A DNA stretch of 64,000 bases. It comes from Marsupella aquatica (taxonomy: Eukaryota; Plantae; Marchantiophyta). Below, piece after piece: positions 22,960 through 34,030 of the stretch; positions within the stretch are counted from its first letter, which is position 1, and the number at the start of each line of letters is the position of its first letter. The position numbers were made by a program, and so were the translations under genes. The notes beneath the pieces are model-generated. The model was not told where the DNA came from. It worked only from the letters and a program-made list of their open reading frames with translations, and did no database searches. The stretch is from positions 9,921,875 to 9,985,874 of the forward strand of contig OZ316891.1 of the NCBI GenBank assembly GCA_973895155.1. Reading direction: 5' to 3'.

Positions 22960-25957
22960 AGCTGTGGCTCGCCGAAAACGGTCAAATTTTCGGAAAGTCT
23001 TTTTGAAGATTACATTTCCCTGTTTGGAGCAGAGTTCGCATAACAATTACAATATGAGTTCGACGTTAACCGTTACTTGATTGCATCTCTCGCAGATGTT
23101 TCATGTATATGTCAATTCTGCTCAAAATTTCAGAAGCTTCCTCTGAAGTCGAGCCAGACAGGTTTCTGGACTATCTTCATGTTTTCTGGACGTCATGAAT
23201 TATTGCACACTTCACAAATTTGATTGATCGATTTGGACTGGCTAATTACTCTTTCAGTTCTTTAAACAAAATCCCATTAAATTTGATACAATTGAATGTT
23301 TTAATGGGCTAGCTTCCAAGCCAGACAGCACAGTTCTTGCGATTCGGTACAAGGAATGTAAGTGCAAACTTGCCGCCTTTCGAATCTCCGGCACCATTTT
23401 GGCAGGATTCTTCAAATGCAGAAACCTTGGTTTTAAGACAACAATAGTAAGCAGAGTGATGCAGAAATTGTTCCCATGCGTTCAATTCGCTCAGTGGCTT
23501 TGTTCGTCAACGTTCCAAACACAATCACCGACCTCATGATGTTTTGGGGCGAATGATCTTCATAATTGCAAACGATTGATGGGGTTGACATTCAGTCTGT
23601 ATTCTGCCCTCAGGGAGTTGAAGAATTTGAACAGAATCTATATTCAGTACAGTACTCCGTAACACTTGAGAGTGGTCAAATTCACGTACGATCGCAAGCA
23701 TGATTGATTAGAATACAAATCTTCAACAGTTTGAAAATTCAATAAGCTAAATGATAATCCTGTGGATTGGTGCATGCTATGATCGCCAGTCTACAAGCTT
23801 CCAAGACACTGGAGATCTTGAACGAAAGCAATGTAAACAACAAGGAACTCAATTCCCCTGCAACGAAATCTCTAGACTTCTGACTATTCTTCTTGAACGT
23901 ATGGAAAAAGCTACGGGATGAAATCTTCCTGTTACTCTTTGTCTTCGAACTAACAGAGACTTGGCACACTTGACAAATTGACTTATATTCTCAGTGCCAA
24001 ATCCACGACATTTGAATTAGTTACCTTCTCAAGAAATCCGACGTCATCGAACTCTCACGATGTTCTTGTATCCGCCTTGAGGAGCACGATCATGAAGGAG
24101 CGTTGGTGCTCGCCAAATACGCGAAGGGAAGATGCTGCCGTCGCACTAGTGCAATGAGATGCCGACGACATGAATTAAATGAGGTCGCCAGGCCAGAACC
24201 ACAGAATCTTGAGTAGCTTGGTTTCAATCCTTTCTATCTTCGGAGACATTTGCCATGCCAGCCACTGGCAGTATCATTCCGGGAGCTTGCGCAAAAGTCC
24301 CATGGCATAATATATATACAAAGAGCAAGGAAAGAAGCTCTTAATTGGCAAAATTGATCTCAAACCCCTTAGTGTAGATTCACCCGCCAGAATGATAATC
24401 TTCCATCCACACGAATGAGCCGGTGCGGTGGTAAGTATCATTACTTCTCTCTGAACAGAGTGAAGCACTGTGCGTACATTACCGCAGTACCTTTGGCTCC
24501 CCGGAATGTGACAAATTTCGAACCCGCACACCGGCTCCACTAGGAAAGCTTTCGTCTGATCTGGGGCGTACAGAAAGGCCAGGCTCCATCGTCTGTTCGC
24601 AGGATTCTGCGGTCTCCGGTGCTGCAAAGCTCTATTTTGCGTTGAAAATTCAATTTTATTCCATGCAGCTCGCGGAGCGGGGACCGCAGACGAAGCGACA
24701 CGGTCAGAGTGCTGAAGAGACCGGTGGGGCCGGTACTACGTCATTTGAAGGTGTCAAGATTTCCATCGTCCAGTGGTTCGGTTCTACGAGACTTCACTGG
24801 ACAATAACAGCGTCCAGAATCTGACAGCGTTTAATACCTTGATGCCTCAGCCTTTTTGTATACAACAGGACTGTTGTGGTACCCGATCGTCAGCTGTGCA
24901 TCTGCTGTGCTATTTCATCGATGGTCTGCTGCGCGGGCGCGCATGGCACACTGTAGGAGGTATGCCGTTCGTTCAATTTCCTGCTACAAGTCGCGAGAAC
25001 CGCATTCGATATTGTCGTTGGCGGACTGGAGTCTATTGGGTAGCTGCCGGTAGTTTTTGTTGGAGCAGTTGCCCAGCATGGTTGTGAACAGCGCTTAAAC
25101 CACCACACCACTGTACACCAGGAGGACAAAACAGAGTACTCTTTTACTGTTTTGAGCCAAGTTTTGGTTTTTTTTAGTCCCAGGGTACACCAGGTTTTGC
25201 TCTCAGGGACAGCTACCGTCTTCCCCCGAACACAAGGCCCGGGCGCTAATACTCGAATAGTGAGCCAAGGGGCGCTCTATTCGAATATAGCGCCCACGGC
25301 GTTGTGTTCAAGTTTGAAGTAAATGTTTTCATTTTTTGGACTGGTGACGCTGTGTTTGAAATGTGGCACTGTGTTCGAAATGTGGCGTTGTGTTCAAATT
25401 TAAGGTAATGTGCTTGAATTTTGACACTATTTGTGTGATGCATGTAGGGTGTAAGTAGGAATGATAGGCATAAAAGTTATGTGTCTTAGAGGGGAGTGCC
25501 TTCAAGTTCAGGTTTTTTGACTTCCCAACAATATTTGCTTAGTCAAAGGAATCTGTAACTAAATAATTGACCCACTGAAATTACATAAGGGGAGAGATCA
25601 AATTTGCAATACAAAACAAAACCTGACAAACCAATGTACCAAGTGTACTATTATCACTTAGTAAAACATATTTATGACATGGAATTGTTAACCATTTGAA
25701 AATAGATATCATACACAGAAATGTTAAGTTGGTTGCCCCCCAAAAACCCCACTTCTGTATGGGAGCACAATAAACATAGGCCTGGGAGCACAATAAACAT
25801 AGGCCTGGACAAGTTCACCTTGTGTATCTATGAGAGTTACAAAATTTTGATTCTCATTCAAGGAAATCAGTCCATACACAGATGTCATAACTCTCATAGT
25901 TACACAAGGAACACATGCCCAAGAATACTTTCACCCAATAAGGATTTTCTGTATACA

Positions 25958-27978
25958 CTACATCAACCCTTCATTGAGCTGCACACAAAAGTAATTGCCG
26001 CTTCGTGCTAAATGAACCCGCTTGACAGGTTCTTCTACCTTGTACACAAAGTTTTGGATAATCTTGCTGTCTAGGTTCACTTCTGTCAACTCAATCTCCC
26101 ATTCCTCCAATTTTGAAGCTGCAAACACTGCCAAAGTACCTGCCACCATTTCTCCACTCACCATGTTAGTTGCAGCGTCATCATCAAAAATGTCATCAAG
26201 ATCAGGACACATTGACATGTTCACCACCAACTTTATCACATAGGTGTCAAGATATTCATCCACATCACTTCCGTGAATACCCTTGCAGCGAAGAAGGCAT
26301 CGAAATAGAGAGTAATCCGCATCAGGACAAAACCTTGTAGGCGGCTCCACGATGAGAGTAGGGCGCAATTCTTCACTCTCGTCAAGAACATGTCCATACT
26401 GTTCATTCCATTCTGCCAAGTCCAAGTCTGCTGCATACAATGCTCTCAGTGGTGGATGTAGGTTTTCCACTGCAAATTGTGAGCTCGGCACCAAGCCACA
26501 AACTTGAATATACAAGATGCATCAATTTAGGATTTACCAGGAAATTATGTCAAGTGCCGTATAATAAGCTCTCCTAAGCTATAAATCTTTAAAGAGTAAA
26601 TAATTTCCCATGTTACCTTAAATGCATTTGCCATGTCCTCCTTTTGACAACTCTCAATCCAAGAAAGTGCCCATTCTGCCACCATCTTGGCGGCTGGAAC
26701 TTTTGGGTTTCCTGCGGTTGTTTGCAAGTTTGGATTTATTAAGGCATCAGCAATGTAAGTGTCATATTGCGTTCCGTAATCAGCCTGGTAGCTCCGGTTC
26801 AGTGCAACGTCAAGAGGCTGCAACAAGGAGGTCAAATTTGTCGGCACAATCCGTACAAACACATTGTAGTCCTCCAGTACCTTTGCATGTGCCTTGGGCC
26901 ACTTCAGGTGGGGACCATATGCGTCAATGATGTACAAAGTGGGCTCTCTGTAGAATTGGGTCTCCCCTCGCTTCATCACTGTTTCATTGAAGTGTTCCCA
27001 ACAGATCCGTTCATTCCACATACCTGCATAGTTAACAATTGTATTGCATTTTAAATAACATTTTGTCAAAGTAATATGTTGCCAACATCCTAAAATACAA
27101 TGCATGATATGAAATTATGACTGAAATCATTTGTAGGATATTAAATAATGAGAGAGTAAACTATACCAGTTTGGTTAATATCAATAAACACTCCACTTGG
27201 GACTTCAGGTTTGTTCTTCCGCTTTGATATGAGGATGTGTGGCTTCAGATGTTTGCCTTCACCTGTTAAGGAAAAGGTTATATTAAACCGTTTGTGGCTG
27301 GTGCCACCCTTTCTCATCATCACCGTCCGAATGCCTCGGGTAGCAATAGTTGACTTAGGCTCAGTCTCATAGTACCGCGGAACCTGGTCCATGTTTATGA
27401 TGTTTTTGGGCTTAATCTTGTTAGTGTCAATCAGTTCTTGACACTCTTGGATGAAAGCCCGACACAAATCAGCAGCATTATCTGGTAGCTTGCGATCAGT
27501 CGTGTGTCTCCTTGACACCAGGTTGTGTCGCTTCTTGAACCTGTCCAACCACCCTGTTGACGCTTTAAATGTCTACAACTCCTCATTTTGCATGTCAGCC
27601 GCCATCCTCTCTGCAATCTTCAACGCCATCTTAGAGATGTACAAATCCTTCACCCTCAATCCTTTCTCATTCCGTGCCAAGATCCAACTATGGAGCTCCT
27701 CCTCCATTCCGGGCATCAATGGTCTCCTTCCACCCCCCCCCCCTTAGCCGGCGTGATTTTCGGGTTAAAATCTTATCATCCTTAAGCGAGGCTTGCAATT
27801 CAGCTCTCTTGTCATACCATCCTCTCAAAGCTGATCGGGGAACACCAAATTTCTTGGAAAGTGCCACAAAGCCTTGCCCTCTGATGTCTGGGTCATATTC
27901 CCTTATCACGTCCAGCTTGAACTTTAGAGAGTAAGTCCGTCACTTGTCATTTGCTGTCCCTCGAGGATGTCTCGGCAT
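25958..27978 (-). pseudogene. pogo transposase (Brinker-like HTH + CENP-B HTH + DDE_1, DD37D) with C-terminal OTU-like extension, disrupted
   Basis: RTYSLKFKLDVI, FKASTGWLDRFKKRHNL, INMDQ, IIDAY..37 aa..LQPLDV; introns 27024-27166 and ~26504-26616; in-frame stops at 27940-42 and 27573-75; frameshift in the G-run at ~27733-27743; second acceptor reads AA instead of AG. Confidence 0.92.
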
Positions 27979-29695
27979 GGCTTCTGGCCAACTGTGATAA
28001 AAAATAAAACTGAGCACAGTCATGAAACTGGAGGGTGTGTCCAGTATACAAATTCATAGTAAGCCTAAACAATAATTCAGACAGGAATTGAAAGCCCTGC
28101 AAAACTGACATACCTGGGAAAGAAATCACTAAATGTAAGCGACAACAAGGAATCACTGAATGTAAGCGACAACTTGGCAGCAACGTCCCGTTTCTTGGTG
28201 GAGAGTTCATACAACCTGTATATAATGAGAAGACTTGTTTCAAAAAGTAGTTTGGGTTCAATAATACTCAACAATGGGAACTATGGAGAACCTTTTTTTC
28301 ATTTTTTAAAGCAACGTCCTCACTGGATGACCACTCTACTCTAGATCCACAAAGCAATGAGAAATCAATGTCGCATCCCAGCTTAAGGCACACATCCGAC
28401 TGAAAATTCCAAGTGTGGGGGCCGGGGTGAGTGTCCCTTCTCTCCGTACCCGTCCTTAAGCTGAAAATATTTCAACATGTGGTGGCGAGCATTGACCTTC
28501 CGCTACGATCGGACCTGGAGATGCAGCAATCACTCAAACTAAACCTACAAAGAGTATTTGAAGTGCAACAACAGTCCGTAGGGGAGGTGAAGTTTTGGAT
28601 CTTCGGGAGTAGATCAAGTATTCTTGGAGACTATTGTGTTCGACATGTTTCTGTGGGAGCTCTGTTAGTAGATCTGGTCATTCTAAGCTCGATCTTGGGA
28701 ACTCTTGCAGGTAGTCCGGTCAAACCTCTGTTACCTCTGAACAAAGCGCAAATGGTACTGATACGATGAAGACTGAGGATAAGTCAATCGCCTCGGATCC
28801 TTCCATTTTGAAAAGTGAGGGACCGGTTGGAATGAAGCAAGCTATCCCAGGCAACCAATTATAGTTACTTCAATGCTGATCCAGAACAGGCCACTCGTCC
28901 TTCTAATGACGATGTTTCACAAAGCAAGCAAGAAGAAGTTCCTTCCTCTCTCGATATGCTCGCTAAGCCTCAACCCATTACCTCGCCCATTACCTTGCCC
29001 ATTACCTTGCGTTAATGATTCGGAGCATGAAACAGAGGCTGCATCTCTCAGTAGAGGGGAAACCTTGAAGTGAACGTTGATTCAAACTAATGTGTGCAGG
29101 TGGAGAGTCTGCGGGATTGATGCCAACTGTGGGAGAGTTTGCCACCGGAAACAAAAATCCCTTCGCAGATAGATATGATAAATTGTCAAAAGCCAGAGAC
29201 AGGGAGGCTGAGCTTCTATCGAGCTCGGCCTGAGATGAAAGGTCTGAGTATTCATGACAATGCAATCAGGAAAAGTAGTCGCAGCAATGGCAATGGCACC
29301 GACATGCTGGCCATTAACATCAATGCACTTGCAACATCTTTCCCATTCAAGTAGGGAGGAAAAAACAGAACATTTTGATGCAGGATAGAAAGGAAGTATT
29401 CCAGCAATAGGGGCGCCAATTGACCACTTACCTGTTTAGGTCCCAATTGGATGATGTCGCGACCCAGGATGGTAAGAGAGAGTAGGACCACAGAACTGGG
29501 AAAGCTCATGATCGTTTGTACTTTCGATGCTTCCTGCAATAGAGCAATATTAATCGACAAAGGCACATATTACTCCCAATTCTTTGAAGTCCACAATCTT
29601 TGAATGTGCTTGAATGTCAATTCCAATCACTCACCCTGCTCGTTCAAGGTCGTTTGTTTGCCTCTTGTCCATAGCCAAAGACTTCTTGGTTCCCG

Positions 29696-30511
29696 ATGTT
29701 TCTTGAGGCACCGTGTGAATCGGTGATGGAGCGAGAATGGAGGCACCTTTTGTCTGTTATGAAATTTGTCTCTTTTGATACATATCCAGCTTATACGGTA
29801 TTCGATCACAATGTCTCTCAGTCTGTTAAAGTGGCGGGAGCAAGGGCAGGAGCGTCAGTTTTTGTTGAATGTGTGCTTGCTATGGCAATGGCGGAGAGGG
29901 CTGAGATTGAGGGAAAGGTGCACATTGAGTCCTTGAATTCCATTGAGTCTTCGATCGACATTAAGTCTTTACCAGACATGGAGTCTCTGGCAGGCATAGA
30001 GACAAAGACTAAGATGGACGTGAATGCTTCCATGGATGTCCAAGCTGAGATGAATGATCTGGCTTGAAGATTTGAGAACACAAGAGCTACTTTTGACGGC
30101 ATACATGCCTTGCTCATTCTAGATGCATTTAGCCCTAGTAGATTTGATGTATTGAAGAGAAGATTTGTGCAGTGTGGAGGTTCTATTTCTTTTCGGATCA
30201 CTCCCATCACAACTCACGTGATTTGCAAAAGTTGGCAAATTATTCTGGCAAAATATGATTGGGAGTCTGTGAATTGGCGTCACTCAACTGGGAAAGTTCA
30301 ATTTGTGAACTTTGAGTGGATGAGTGCATGTCTTTGTGCCGGGAAGACAGTACCGACAGAAGATTTTGACCTGTGGATTTTGGATCAGTTCACAAAGTTC
30401 TCTCCGTCACCAAAGCCAACAAAGAAAGCCAGGAGAATCAATGTCCTACTGCCAACAGGAGAAGTCATGAAAAATATGATGAATCGCTTTGCAGGGGCGA
30501 AGTCAGAATGA
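29696..30511 (+). pseudogene. Transposon-borne BRCT-domain ORF (DNA polymerase lambda-like BRCT), one internal stop
   Basis: ORFs 29696..30067 and 30110..30511 share a frame and are separated only by TGA 30065-67; FDGIHALLI...KRRFVQCGG...TTHVIC...FVNFEWMSACLCAGKTVPTEDFDL matches the BRCT G-G, THV and W..C signature. Confidence 0.75.
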
Positions 30512-30551
30512 TAGATGTATGTTCGATTTCGATCCATTGCCTAAAACAATG

Positions 30552-31058
30552 TTATAATTTTTGTGCATTTGCACATTGATGTAATGTATTGCGCGTTTGC
30601 ACATGGACGTAGATCAAGTTGCCCTCATTAGTCCACTTTTCATTGTCGTTCGGTTCTCGGTTCAGATGACTGTGGCCAATGTCCTTGTTTATATTATTTA
30701 ATCTCTCTTCCCGCAATCTGGAACGTTCGAGGATTGACTGCTTTGTTTCTAGTATTTCACCCTTGGCTCTTGAAATGTGATACAAAACTTGTTTCAGCAT
30801 TCTGAGCACTTGAGCTCCTGCACAGATTAGACAGTTCATTGAGCACCAGAGTCATATGATTGTTTTGATTGTTTCTTCTCCGGTTGGAAGTGGAGTTCGA
30901 TCACGATCTCCCAGAGAAACTCTCAAGTATTCATATCTTCTCTCCGCTTCTTTATAATACAGGGCTCCTCTAAAGCAAGACTATGCTCGTAGGTGCCCAT
31001 GTATCCCTCGCCAGATTCTTCCATCTTCCAGGATTTGTGCATTGATGGCATACTCCAT
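30552..31058 (-). pseudogene. Second cargo ORF of the pogo element (~168 codons), unknown function, two internal stops
   Basis: Frame continues from ATG 31058 (MEYAINAQILEDGRIWRG...) into ORF 30552..30839, interrupted by TAG 30981-83 and TGA 30852-54. Confidence 0.5.
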
Positions 31059-31538
31059 TCTCTGGTAGTTTGCGCTTGGGCTTCATGCTGTAGTCGCAAC
31101 ACAGTTTGTCATCGTATCTTTCTCCTATAGTCACTAGTGTACATTCTCAAACAAGGAGGTCAATTTCGAACACAGCGCCCGGGCGCTGTGTTAATATGGC
31201 GATGTGTTCGAATGAAAATGTCTTTTCTGTTTAAAGTACCTGATTTGACCATATTCGAACACAGCGCCCAGGCACTGTGTTCGGGGGAAGACAGTAGTGT
31301 CCTCGAAGCAAAAACCTGGTCAATCCAGGTAACTAGAATAAGTCCATAATGTTAAGAAAATAATCCATAATGTATTGTTAAGGTCTCTCCCTGTCCCATA
31401 ATAAGGTATATTGTTGAGCCTATATTGTTGAGCGTAAGAAAAGAATCCATAATGTATTGCTACTGACGCTAGCTGTCCCATAATAAGGTGTATTGTTGAT
31501 TGTGTATGGTCGACCTGCGTGCCTACTCAGAGAGACCT

Positions 31539-32083
31539 TATATGGGAAGATCTTTTGAAGCCTCTATATGGTGAATGCACATATCAAATTTTGTCTTATT
31601 CAGATTTTTGTGTCATGTATTTTCATTTCAATCTGCATTATCAAGGGGCAGCCTTTGTATTCTATACATTTTTAATTAATTTTTAGACCCCTTTAGTTTT
31701 AGGTATTCTAGAGTGTTTTGAACTTATTTTGGCAGCCCCCTTTCACAGTATGTGTTTTCTTAGAGATGAAACCAAAGGCTCCACCACCACGAGTGAGAGA
31801 AATGATGTTGAAGAACATGAATGCATATCCTCTTAAGTTCTCCTCATGTTTTTCTTTCCTAGGTTTATGATTTTTATTGAAAGGAGTGTCATTCATAAGG
31901 CACCCTGAGTTAAGTGCACACATCGTAGCATCATTTGACTGTACCTTTTCTTGGTCGGAGTGCTTTTCTTGGCAGACACTTTACTTATATAACAGCACTT
32001 CTATGCTCTCATATTTTATTTACTGTCAGATCACTACAAGACAAAAAATAAAGCATGTTCCAGGATGAGCATGCTATATGGGA
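31539..32083 (+). repeat. Dispersed ~550-600 bp repeat, copy 1
   Basis: ctatatggtgaat.cac...tcaaattttgtct.attcagatttt ... atcactacaagacaaaaaa...catgttcca.gatga.catgctatatg is shared with 33344-33954. Confidence 0.8.
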
Positions 32084-32373
32084 GACAGTATACATCATTA
32101 TGTAATGAGCAAGCATTCTTTACTTGACACTAAGGAGGTCTAGGTGATGTAAACACTCACTTATACGGGCACTTATACAATTCATTAATACTTGAATATA
32201 AGATTGGATTGTATATGTGTGTACCGTCAACATAATGAGATGTAAGCAAAAGCCCCAAAGGGTGTCCTTCAAGTGAAGAAGTAAAATGGTGTTTTTTGTC
32301 CATCCCCAACCCTGTGGACAATGGGGGACAAATAGAGCACCTCCTTACTTTCTTGAGAACAGTTATAGACTTA

Positions 32374-32614
32374 CAAGCCCTAAGTATGCCCGTGCGTTGC
32401 ACGGTGCAAGGAGGGCCGGCCCATAGGGAGTCAGACTGGGGCATTTATGGGGCAATGTGAAGCACATATATGTGTCAAGGGTGCACATTTACTCCATCAA
32501 TGGTTAGGGAAAACAGCCAAATGAATTCAATGGCTATAGACTTTCCCACCCAAGAGCTCTTTTGTATTGGGACGAAGGACAAAAAAAGGTGGGATCTCTT
32601 ATTATAGTTATAGA
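32374..32614 (-). mobile_element. Non-autonomous mini-Helitron (241 bp)
   Basis: Minus strand: A|TCTATAACTATAATAAGAG 5' end; 3' hairpin CCGTGCAACGCACGG followed by ...CTTG|T (CTAG with one mismatch); sits between A and T. Confidence 0.75.
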
Positions 32615-32618
32615 TTTT

Positions 32619-32962
32619 TGTTAGACATTTACTCTTAGTCTAAGGTTATGTCATTGTAACCATAGTTAGGGCTTATCTTAGTCGGAGAACAGGCTAGGTT
32701 AACTAGGCTACAAACCCTATACCAAGCGGTGTTTGCTTAGATTGTAGGAACTCAGGCTCATTTTTACGGAGCTAGTTGAGAGATAGGGAGATCTTGTATT
32801 GCAAACTCAGTATAGCCGACGGGCCTAGAGTGCAGTAAAGCTCTTGTGTGTTCCCGTGGACATAGCCTCAAGCTGAGGTGAACCACTTATCTCTCTATGT
32901 CAACTACTTGTGCATTGGATGTTTCATGGGCTTGCCGTTGCGATTGTCGTCTATCCTCAACA
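32619..32962 (+). mobile_element. Solo LTR, 344 bp
   Basis: TGTT...AACA termini; 5-bp TSD ATTTT at 32614-18 and 32963-67; a homologous copy lies at 53557. Confidence 0.92.
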
Positions 32963-33087
32963 ATTTTCATAAGTAACCTGGATCCACCTGGTTTTTCTTC
33001 AAGGACAATGGGGCTTTAAGGAGTGAACAGTCCCCAACCTGACTTTGTTCACACAGCGTGCCTGAAAGGGCAATCCTGTGATGTTAT

Positions 33088-34030
33088 GGGTGGGTTGGTG
33101 GAGTTGGGCTAGCAAATCAGGTGGGTTATTGGGGTTTGGCTATTAACTTGGGTGGGTTAGTGGGGTTTGGCTAACAACTGTCACTGGTCAGTAATAGTTT
33201 AACTTTGATAGTCCAGATTTAATTGGGGAACTTTAAAGGCTGTGATTTCATTGCTAAAATTTGTCTACAAAGAAAAGCCATACATATAGACAAATGAATC
33301 CTAAGGAATTACTTACTTTGAGTGAAGTAAAAAACAAATGCATTATGAGCGGAGGGTTTATGAAACTGCTATATGGTGAATCCACCTTTCAAATTTTGTC
33401 TCATTCAGATTTTGTGTCCAGTATTTTGATTTTAATGGTGAATCATTTGTATTAAGTTTGTTTTGAATTAACTTTTGGACCCCTTTTAATTTTAGTGAAC
33501 TTAGAGTACTTTGAATGTATTTGGCTCCCCTCTTAAATGTTTAGTCTTTATTTTTGAATCACTCCTTAGTGAGTTCTCTTTTTTCTCATGAGAGTGAGAG
33601 AAATGAATTTGAACAATGTGCACATCCCATGTACTAAGTTCCCCTTGTGGTTGCTTTTATAAAATTTATGGTTTTAATAATTGAGTTGAATGTCATTTAC
33701 CTAGAAGCAAGTGAAAATGTGTACTGTATGTGCATAACTCTTTAGTACCTTTGTACTTTCTTGGTCATAATGTACTTTTCTTTGCATGCGAACTTATGGT
33801 TTTGTGTGTTATGTCACTCACTCCTAATTAACAGATATTAATTTTTTGGCATATCTTTTACATGTACCCAATCATAAAATAGATTAATTACATATCACTA
33901 CAAGACAAAAAAAGGACATGTTCCAAGATGAACATGCTATATGAGCGGAGGGTTATTGGGGTTTGACTAGCAAATCAGGTGGGTTATTGGGGTTTGGCTA
34001 ACAACTCGGGTGAATTGGTTTAACTTTGAG
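33088..34030. repeat. ~31-bp G/T-rich tandem units in two blocks (33088-33180 and 33947-34010)
   Basis: ggtgggttattggggtttggcta repeated; both blocks are followed by gtttaactttga. Confidence 0.7.
33344..33954 (+). repeat. Dispersed repeat, copy 2, bounded by a 15-bp direct repeat
   Basis: tatgagcggagggtt at 33344-58 and 33940-54; body is homologous to 31539-32083. Confidence 0.8.

Larger units (their letters stand above)
25216..31294 (-). mobile_element. Full-length pogo-type (Tc1/mariner superfamily) DNA transposon, 6079 bp, carrying cargo ORFs
   Basis: Left end TA|ccgtcttcccccgaacacaaggcccgggcgct; right end agcgcccaggcactgtgttcgggggaagacag|TA (reverse complement ctgtcttcccccgaacacagtgcctgggcgct); TA target duplication at 25214-15 and 31295-96; subterminal gcgctgtgttcgaa-like repeats at both ends; internal pogo transposase. 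Confidence 0.93.
31298..33007. mobile_element. Segment bounded by a ~36-bp imperfect inverted repeat (probable non-autonomous TIR element) containing nested insertions
   Basis: tgtcctcgaagcaaaaacctggtcaatccaggtaact (31298-31334) versus reverse complement of 32972-33007, tgtccttgaagaaaaaccaggtggatccaggttact; no clear TSD. Confidence 0.55.
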
